A DNA stretch of 64,000 bases from a virus (IMGVR_UViG_3300032268_001296:1-64000), one strand, 5' to 3'. Shown: positions 9,372-14,763, counted from the first letter of the stretch. Numbers and translations: made by a program. The notes: generated from the sequence alone by a model not told the origin.

Positions 9372-9491
9372 TCAGCCTTGTCCCCTATAAAGCTTCTTGT
9401 AGTTTTTTGAATTCTTTAGCTTAGATGTTTTACTCTTCGCATGAACACCCTTGCGCTTTACCTTCTTGATATTCCGTTCTTGCTTTTTCAT
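9372..9491 (-). CDS. small lysine-rich protein ending YRGQG (39 aa)
   Basis: Translated by hand: MKKQERNIKKVKRKGVHAKSKTSKLKNSKNYKKLYRGQG; below the ORF-track cut-off. Confidence 0.7.
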   Translation of the reverse strand: MKKQERNIKKVKRKGVHAKSKTSKLKNSKNYKKLYRGQG

Positions 9492-9501
9492 AAAATTAAA
9501 G

Positions 9502-9786
9502 TAGCCATGGTCGGACTCGAACCGACAAGCCCGAAGGCGGCAGATTTTCTTACCACTATAGTTTTCACTACCTTTACAGTTTGTGGTCTGGACTATACCT
9601 TGATCATAGTATTTCTACTTTAGATCCTTGCCGTCTAGTCTCTACACCTTCCTAATTTCTTAGGCTTGGCTCGGTATTAGCATTTTAAAGCCTTCACCGA
9701 ATTTGACAAGTTCTACTCCCACCGTTTCCGATGAGGCACTCAAATTATCTATAAGTCTGCTGTGTTTACCATTTCACCACATGGCC
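9502..9786 (-). tRNA. tRNA-Leu(TAA) interrupted by a group I intron
   Basis: 5' exon ends GCAGACTT and 3' exon starts AAAATCTGC; joining gives GCAGA-CTTAAAA-TCTGC with a long variable arm. Confidence 0.92.
9549..9752 (-). mobile_element. self-splicing group I intron (IC3-like), about 204 nt, no ORF
   Basis: P AAATTCGGTGAA, Q AATACCGAGCC, R GTGTAGAGACTAGACGG, S AAGGTATAGTCC; exon U before the 5' splice site; terminal G. Confidence 0.9.
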
Positions 9787-9797
9787 ATTACTCCTTC

Positions 9798-9825
9798 AGT
9801 ATAACAGAGCTTTTGAAGAAGTCAA
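9798..9825 (-). promoter_or_regulatory. sigma70-type promoter for tRNA-Leu(TAA) and downstream genes
   Basis: TTGACT-16nt-TATACT with extended TG. Confidence 0.6.
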
Positions 9826-9833
9826 TGAAAAAG

Positions 9834-9907
9834 TAAGCGAAAAGGGACTCGAACCCTTAATCATGACGCTCTAAACATCATTGCTTTACCAATTAGCACA
9901 TTCGCTC
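9834..9907 (-). tRNA. atypical tRNA, anticodon TAG (nominal Leu), short variable loop
   Basis: Complete cloverleaf; TGATG-TTTAGAG-CGTCA arm; only 5-nt variable loop; overlaps the 3' end of the glutaredoxin ORF. Confidence 0.7.
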
Positions 9908-10116
9908 TTTAAAAATTCAATAATATTATCCACTCCGCAGATGTTTTCTTCTCCGACAACCAAGGTTGGAACCTTTTTGATTTTTTTTTCTTTAAAAAAT
10001 TCAATATCGTTTTCCATTTCTTTAAGCTCTACGTTTAAAGAATTTTCGGCAATGAATTTTTTAATCAATTTGCACGGACCACAAAACTCGCTTGTTGCTA
10101 AAATTAGTTTTTTCAT
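9886..10116 (-). CDS. glutaredoxin/thioredoxin-like redoxin
   Basis: CGPC active site and VPTL motif. Confidence 0.85.
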   Translation of the reverse strand: MKKLILATSEFCGPCKLIKKFIAENSLNVELKEMENDIEFFKEKKIKKVPTLVVGEENICGVDNIIEFLKSECANW

Positions 10117-10145
10117 ATTTTGTATTTGGAAGTGTAATAATTATT

Positions 10146-11480
10146 ATGTCTCAGTATTATACTTTTAATAATCTTGCTCAATTATCTCACACAGCAGGAC
10201 AAATTCCATTTATTTACGATAGAGTAAGCGATAATTACAGACCATTAGAGCAAAAAGATCTGAGCTTTGCAAATTCCGCTGGATCAACTTCTTTTGATGC
10301 TTTCGGGCGCATGAGAACTTCCGATCCTATGACATTATTTGATTCTAGCCACAGATACTCTGACAACAGTCTTTGGTCTATTGCAAGTGGAGTTGGTGGA
10401 GGCTCAGTTTTTAATGCGAATCAAGGATTAGTTGATTTAAATATAACAAGCGGATCTGGTTCGTATGTTTACAGAGAAACAACAAAAGTTTTTGCTTATC
10501 AACCAGGAAAATCTTTATTAGTATTAAATACTTTTGTCATGTCACCAGCAAAAACTGGTTTGACTCAAAGAGTGGGTTACTTTGGCGCTGATAATGGAAT
10601 ATATTTAGAACTCGATGGTTCTACTTTAAATTTTGTCGAACGTTCTTTGGTCAATGGATCTCCTGCTACAGAAATAAGAGTATCTCAAGCAAATTGGAAT
10701 GGGGATAAGCTAGATGGAACTGGCGCTTCTGGTTTAACTTTAGATATTACTAAGGCTCAAATTTTATGGATGGATATTGAGTGGTTGGGATTAGGTTCAG
10801 TAAGAATGGGGTTTGTTATTAACGGACAATTTATTTTGTGCCACACATTTCATCATGCAAATGTTATTGCTTCAACTTATATCACTACAGCATCTTTGCC
10901 ATTGAGATATGAAATATTCAATACTGCCGCAACTTCTGGCAGCAGTACATTAAAACAAATATGCTCTTCTGTAATTTCAGAAGGTGGATACGAACTTAGA
11001 GGATTACAACAAGCTGTGAGTGTTCCCATTAACTCTCCAAGAACTCTTGGAACTATTGGTGTAAAATATCCTGTTATAAGTATTCGTTTAAAATCAACAC
11101 CGATAAACAGATTAGATGCGATTGTTATTTTAACAGCACTATCTATAATGGGTGATAGTGCAGGAAAGTTTAATTGGTCTGTAGTTGCCAGTGGTGTAAC
11201 AACAGGTGGTACATGGCAATCTGCTGGAGACTCTTCTGCTGTTGAATATAAACTTAATGGTATTAGCTTTAGTGGAGGAAGAACATTAGCTTCTGGTTAC
11301 TTCACCTCTACAAGCACGGTATCAACAAACTTAGATATTTTGAAAGAAGCATTGTTTAAATTTCAGTTAGAAAGAAATACTTTTACTGGTGAAGCGTTTG
11401 AACTGACATTAGTTATTGCATCTGATAGTTCAAGCGACAGAGTTTTTGCTTCTATGGATTGGGAAGAAATATCAAGATAA
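10146..11480 (+). CDS. probable virion structural protein
   Basis: DAFGRMRTS..TLFDS and YQPGKS motifs common in aquatic phage structural genes; G/S/T-rich; GTGTAA-N8-ATG at 10146. Confidence 0.6.
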   Translation: MSQYYTFNNLAQLSHTAGQIPFIYDRVSDNYRPLEQKDLSFANSAGSTSFDAFGRMRTSDPMTLFDSSHRYSDNSLWSIASGVGGGSVFNANQGLVDLNITSGSGSYVYRETTKVFAYQPGKSLLVLNTFVMSPAKTGLTQRVGYFGADNGIYLELDGSTLNFVERSLVNGSPATEIRVSQANWNGDKLDGTGASGLTLDITKAQILWMDIEWLGLGSVRMGFVINGQFILCHTFHHANVIASTYITTASLPLRYEIFNTAATSGSSTLKQICSSVISEGGYELRGLQQAVSVPINSPRTLGTIGVKYPVISIRLKSTPINRLDAIVILTALSIMGDSAGKFNWSVVASGVTTGGTWQSAGDSSAVEYKLNGISFSGGRTLASGYFTSTSTVSTNLDILKEALFKFQLERNTFTGEAFELTLVIASDSSSDRVFASMDWEEISR

Positions 11481-11484
11481 AAAG

Positions 11485-11557
11485 TCCGCGAGTCAGGACT
11501 CGAACCTGATTAGTAGGAGTCACAATCCTAGGCATTACCACATATGCTACTCTCGGA
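11485..11557 (-). tRNA. tRNA-His(GTG), with U-1/A73 instead of G-1/C73
   Basis: TAGGA-TTGTGAC-TCCTA arm; canonical T-arm. Confidence 0.85.
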
Positions 11558-11562
11558 AAAAA

Positions 11563-11634
11563 TACGGAATGTAGGATTCGAACCTACGACCTTCTCCGTG
11601 TAAAGGAGCTGCGCTACCACTGCGCCAATCCCGC
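11563..11634 (-). tRNA. tRNA-Val(TAC)
   Basis: Canonical cloverleaf; loop TTTACAC. Confidence 0.9.
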
Positions 11635-11640
11635 TTTGGA

Positions 11641-11841
11641 TCAATAATGTATTTTAGACCTTACTATTTCTCTACTACGCAACCTATCAATCTCGTTCCT
11701 TGCTTCGAGGTATGAAGCGTATCTATTGGTCCCATGATCACAGTCCACCCAAAAGAAACGAAGGAACCTTTCTTGAATAAGATACACTGATCTGCCATTG
11801 GCTTTAATGCATTGTTTAATTCTGTATTTTGTTTTAAACAT
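11641..11841 (-). CDS. hypothetical protein inside the tRNA array
   Basis: Fills the gap between two tRNAs; YRIK...YLIQER...FW pattern seen in phage hypotheticals. Confidence 0.6.
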   Translation of the reverse strand: MFKTKYRIKQCIKANGRSVYLIQERFLRFFWVDCDHGTNRYASYLEARNEIDRLRSREIVRSKIHY

Positions 11842-11844
11842 AAG

Positions 11845-11916
11845 AGGCGTGAGTCAGAATCGAACTGACATGAATCAACTTTGCAGGCTGTTGAGTAACC
11901 ATTCCCCCATCACGCC
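11845..11916 (-). tRNA. tRNA-Cys(GCA)
   Basis: Loop CTGCAAA; U73 discriminator. Confidence 0.9.
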
Positions 11917-11924
11917 GATAAAAG

Positions 11925-12000
11925 TGGAGACTGAGGGAGTTGAACCCTAAGTTTAACTTGCGTGCAAGGCAAGTGCTACACCCATGTAGCCACAGTCCCC
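11925..12000 (-). tRNA. tRNA-Ala(TGC) with non-canonical 8/4 fold
   Basis: GGGGACTG/CAGTCTCC 8-bp acceptor with G3:U70; 4-bp T-stem; 6-bp D-stem. Confidence 0.8.
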
Positions 12001-12007
12001 AAAAAAG

Positions 12008-12080
12008 TAGACACGGTTGGACTCGAACCAACGACCCCAGCTTTATCAAAGCTGTGCTCTCCCAGCTGAGCTACGCATCC
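12008..12080 (-). tRNA. tRNA-Ile(GAT)
   Basis: CAGCT-TTGATAA-AGCTG arm. Confidence 0.92.
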
Positions 12081-12086
12081 ATTAAA

Positions 12087-12167
12087 AGCCTGAAGTGGGA
12101 TTCGAACCCACGTTGTTTATATTCCATTTTACAAGAATGGTGCAATCGACCACTATGCGATTCAGGC
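12087..12167 (-). tRNA. tRNA-Thr(TGT) with 12-nt variable region
   Basis: CCATT-CTTGTAA-AATGG arm. Confidence 0.88.
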
Positions 12168-12171
12168 GGAA

Positions 12172-12403
12172 AATTTCGTGATTGTAACACTTCCGAAGAA
12201 GATAGTCAACCTTCAAAGCTTTCGCTCCAGCAAACAGTTACATAACAAGCTTCACGCAGCCGAGGCATCCTTCCCAAGAGTCACCTTGAGCTAGACTTGC
12301 GATTTTTACCAGTATTACTGGCTTCCCTTCATGTGGACTCAATGGTGCCTTACCATCAAGTGTCTATCGCGAACACACTAGCTGATGACTAGTCAGCGTG
12401 TCT
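12172..12403 (-). ncRNA. unassigned structured RNA, about 230 nt
   Basis: Many nested helices, GAAA and UUCG tetraloops, two possible pseudoknots; no convincing ORF. Confidence 0.6.
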
Positions 12404-12412
12404 TTTTTAAAT

Positions 12413-12526
12413 TGGAGTTTCTCGCTACAAGATCTCACAGACTGCTAATCCTGTGACGTTTCGTTGTCCTACTAGTTGCATTCTTGTAATTCACCTCGTC
12501 AGCTATATCTGCACAATACGAGAAAC
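12413..12526 (-). ncRNA. unassigned small RNA with terminal helix plus UCCA
   Basis: GTTTCTCG/CGAGAAAC closing stem; internal TACAAGA/TCTTGTA and TCACAG/CTGTGA helices. Confidence 0.55.
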
Positions 12527-12530
12527 AAAT

Positions 12531-12604
12531 TGGAGCTTGGAGTTTTTGTAGAGTCTTGAGGTACCGCCCCTCATTATGCATGCTCTTCCAGACCCTCTCC
12601 AAGC
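12531..12604 (-). ncRNA. tRNA-minihelix-like small RNA with terminal helix plus UCCA
   Basis: GCTTGGAG/CTCCAAGC stem; inner 7-bp stem stacked on a TGAGG-GGCGGTA-CCTCA T-arm-like hairpin. Confidence 0.55.
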
Positions 12605-12879
12605 AAATTTGTTAGATCTTCATCCCAGCGTTGATGGAACGTTTCTTCTCCATCGTCACCGCTAACCAACCAATCGATTCTTTGTGCCATGATAGCAGCT
12701 TGACTTAGAATGTCAACGGCGGTTCGGAACTTTTGGATCGTGCCATCGCTGTAGCTGCGGATGGCGACGGTGCCGTATTCATTGGTCTGATCAGAATTGT
12801 TATTCTTGATCAGACGCTCGATCTCTCTAGCGATTTCGAAAATGTCGTATTGTTTGTAATCAAAATGTCCTCCGCTCAT
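12574..12879 (-). CDS. hypothetical phage protein (MSGGHFDY start)
   Basis: MSGG.FDY...IDWL.SGD.GE pattern; TATAAT-6nt-ATG upstream. Confidence 0.7.
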   Translation of the reverse strand: MSGGHFDYKQYDIFEIAREIERLIKNNNSDQTNEYGTVAIRSYSDGTIQKFRTAVDILSQAAIMAQRIDWLVSGDDGEETFHQRWDEDLTNLLGEGLEEHA

Positions 12880-12912
12880 ACTGTAATTATATTAGTGTTC
12901 CTTTGAATTTGA

Positions 12913-12984
12913 CTCCCAGTCTTGGCAACGATCCAAGCTCACACCGCTTAACAGGCGGGCCGCACCCCATGTGCGTTACTGAGA
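12913..12984 (-). tRNA. tRNA-Asn(GTT), atypical D/T loops
   Basis: Loop CTGTTAA; G73; T-loop ATCGTTG; A at position 8. Confidence 0.8.
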
Positions 12985-13022
12985 TTTAAATTTTTTTCTT
13001 TCTTCTGCAAAGAAATTAAAAG

Positions 13023-13093
13023 TAGGGGTAGAAGGTAACGCTCCTTCTTCTACGGTTTAAAAGACCGTTACATCACTTTAATGTTTTACCCCC
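13023..13093 (-). tRNA. tRNA-Lys(TTT), atypical D/T loops
   Basis: ACGGT-CTTTTAA-ACCGT arm; T-loop AGCGTTA; A at position 8. Confidence 0.8.
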
Positions 13094-13101
13094 TAAAAAC
13101 A

Positions 13102-13194
13102 TTCTACCGTGCAGGATTCGCCCGACTCAAACAATCAGGCCGAAGCACTACGATCATTATATCACCGTTCCTTATAGGCTCTTATCAGGTAGAA
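13102..13194 (-). ncRNA. unassigned structured small RNA
   Basis: TTCTACC/GGTAGAA closing stem, two hairpins, possible AGGA/TCCT pseudoknot. Confidence 0.45.
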
Positions 13195-13198
13195 AAAG

Positions 13199-13269
13199 CA
13201 GGCATAGAGGGAGTCGAACCCCCACACACTGAGTCAAAGTCAGTTGCGCTACCATTACGCTATATGCCA
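13199..13269 (-). tRNA. tRNA-Gln(TTG)
   Basis: ACTGA-CTTTGAC-TCAGT arm. Confidence 0.9.
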
Positions 13270-13278
13270 ATTAAAAGG

Positions 13279-13365
13279 CGGGTGCGGTAGGATTCGAACC
13301 CACGGAGGCTTTGAGACCCCTCTAGTTTTCAAGACTAGCACAATCGACCACTCTGTCACACACCC
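13279..13365 (-). tRNA. tRNA-Ser(TGA)
   Basis: CTAGT-CTTGAAA-ACTAG arm, long variable arm, G73. Confidence 0.92.
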
Positions 13366-13376
13366 ATAAAAAATCT

Positions 13377-13478
13377 TAAACATGGCGGGGATTGAACCCG
13401 CGTCGTCAGAGCTTCTCTCTTTTGCGGTGTAGCTTACCATCATAGAGAAGATGTGATCTACCACTGAACTACATGTTT
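13377..13478 (-). ncRNA. tRNA-like RNA with an expanded anticodon arm
   Basis: Recognisable acceptor, D- and T-arms, but about 47 nt in place of the 17-nt anticodon arm. Confidence 0.65.
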
Positions 13479-13481
13479 AAT

Positions 13482-13558
13482 TGGTCTGGTATGTAGGATT
13501 TGAACCTACGATCTCCTGAATCCAAATCAGGCGCGATACCAAGCTTCGCTAATACCAG
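13482..13558 (-). tRNA. tRNA-Pro(TGG), CCA encoded
   Basis: CCTGA-TTTGGAT-TCAGG arm. Confidence 0.92.
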
Positions 13559-13567
13559 ATATTTGAT

Positions 13568-13633
13568 TGGTGGGTTCCAGATTCATAGCGCCGTCTTAGG
13601 CTACGTTCCTAAGTGCATTTTGATCCTTCCCCC
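13568..13633 (-). ncRNA. unassigned pseudoknotted small RNA ending ACCA
   Basis: GGG/CCC, symmetric GGAA/GGAA loop, GGAT/ATCT, CTTAGG/CCTAAG hairpin; CGTAGC can pair with downstream GCTATG. Confidence 0.45.
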
Positions 13634-13644
13634 ATTAAAAAGAG

Positions 13645-13715
13645 TGCGGGATGAGAGAATCGAACTCTCGACTTCAGCTTGGAAGGCTATTGTTTTACCA
13701 TTAAACTAATCCCGC
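13645..13715 (-). tRNA. tRNA-Gly(TCC), A73
   Basis: Loop CTTCCAA; GCGGGAT acceptor strand. Confidence 0.9.
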
Positions 13716-13720
13716 GAAAT

Positions 13721-13789
13721 TGGTTGCTCGCCGTCTAGTTCTCACAGCACAGGCTATCCTGATCGCGACATGCAGGATTCCAGCGAGCA
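13721..13789 (-). ncRNA. unassigned small RNA with 9-bp terminal helix plus ACCA
   Basis: TGCTCGCTG/CGGCGAGCA stem; ATCCTG/CAGGAT hairpin; possible loop-loop pairing. Confidence 0.55.
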
Positions 13790-13796
13790 TTGAAAG

Positions 13797-13825
13797 TAGG
13801 TCGTGAGGGAATCGAACCCCCGTTG
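13797..13825 (-). pseudogene. 3' half of a tRNA (T-arm and acceptor 3' strand only)
   Basis: GGGGG-TTCGATT-CCCTC-ACGACCT-A with no matching 5' half; abuts the HNH gene insertion. Confidence 0.65.
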
Positions 13826-13870
13826 ATTTTTTTTTTGAACGATGTTGTATTCATTCGTGTAAATACTAAT

Positions 13871-14392
13871 ATGAAATGCTTACATTGTCAAGAAGAAACT
13901 AAAAATCCAAAATTTTGCTGTCGTACTTGTGCAGCGATATATAATAATAAAAAAAGTCCAAAAAGAAAATTAACTAGATTGTGTTCATGTTTAGACTGCA
14001 AAAACATAGTAAGAAACTATAGATCTTCTCTATGCGAGACTCACTATCAAGAGTATTTAAAATGTAAAAAAGATTCTATACTAGAGACTACGATAGGAGA
14101 ATATAGAGATAGAAACAAATTGCTTCATAGTTCATCAACTCATGCACACATAAGAGGATTAGCGAGAAGCTGGTTCAAAGAGTTAACAAAAAAACCATGT
14201 GCTGCTTGTGGTTATAATAAGCATGTTGAACTGTGCCATATTAAATCGATGGCTTCTTTTGCAGAAGATAGCTTAATTAAGGAAGTAAACAACAAAGACA
14301 ATATCGTTCAATTATGTCCAAATTGCCATTGGGAATTTGACAATGGTTTATTAAACAGAGAGCAGGGATGGCAGGACTCGAACCTGCATTGA
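13871..14392 (+). CDS. HNH endonuclease (homing-type), antisense to the tRNA array
   Basis: N-terminal C..C/KFCC..C zinc finger; C..CG..ELCHI...N...LCPNCHWEFD motif; GTGTAA-N8-ATG. Confidence 0.85.
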   Translation: MKCLHCQEETKNPKFCCRTCAAIYNNKKSPKRKLTRLCSCLDCKNIVRNYRSSLCETHYQEYLKCKKDSILETTIGEYRDRNKLLHSSSTHAHIRGLARSWFKELTKKPCAACGYNKHVELCHIKSMASFAEDSLIKEVNNKDNIVQLCPNCHWEFDNGLLNREQGWQDSNLH

Positions 14393-14437
14393 TCCTTTAC
14401 GGTGCCACGCATTAGAAGTGCGTTCCGATACATCCCC
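14363..14437 (-). tRNA. D-armless tRNA-Arg(TCT)-like RNA
   Basis: 7-bp acceptor; 7-nt connector instead of a D-arm; ACGCA-CTTCTAA-TGCGT arm; 19-nt variable region; canonical T-arm. Confidence 0.7.
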
Positions 14438-14448
14438 ATTGAAATTGC

Positions 14449-14510
14449 ACGGTCTTTTCTTTTACATCAGGCGACCGAAACCCTGATTGTCTTTCGGGTC
14501 TTTCCCGAAT
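14449..14510 (-). ncRNA. hairpin plus H-type pseudoknot
   Basis: TTCGGG/CCCGAA hairpin; ATCAGG/CCTGAT stem whose loop CGGTC pairs with GACCG after an A-rich linker. Confidence 0.45.
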
Positions 14511-14516
14511 GAAGAG

Positions 14517-14598
14517 TGGGCAGTGCTGGACTCGAACCAGCGAACTCCGAAGAGGGGAGATTTACAGTCTCCTGCAATTGCCGCTATGCGAACTACCC
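14517..14598 (-). tRNA. tRNA-Tyr(GTA)
   Basis: GGAGA-CTGTAAA-TCTCC arm, long variable arm. Confidence 0.92.
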
Positions 14599-14608
14599 GA
14601 AAAATATA

Positions 14609-14680
14609 TGGGTTGTTAGGGAATCGAACCCCAATCTTCTAGTTCGTAGCCAGATGTCCTATCCGTTGAACGAACAACCC
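14609..14680 (-). tRNA. tRNA-Arg(ACG)
   Basis: TCTGG-CTACGAA-CTAGA arm. Confidence 0.92.
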
Positions 14681-14686
14681 AAAAAA

Positions 14687-14763
14687 GGTAGCGGGTGAGG
14701 CGCTCGAATCCTCCAGAAAAACAGCTTATGAGACTGCCGACTAACCATCTTGTCCTACCCGCT
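14687..14763 (-). tRNA. tRNA with CAT anticodon (Met or Ile2), atypical T-stem
   Basis: GCAGT-CTCATAA-GCTGT arm; A53/G61 mismatch; lacks the three initiator G-C pairs. Confidence 0.8.

Noticed and set aside
12455-12505. Hammerhead-like CTGACGA...GAAAC on the minus strand
   Set aside because: Stem II barely pairs, the cleavage-site pairing is mismatched, and CTGACGA fits better in a local hairpin
11834-14698. ORF-track entries overlapping tRNAs (for example 11834-12049, 11940-12245, 13081-13290, 13255-13464, 13500-13709, 14516-14698)
   Set aside because: They are translations of tRNA genes or their antisense
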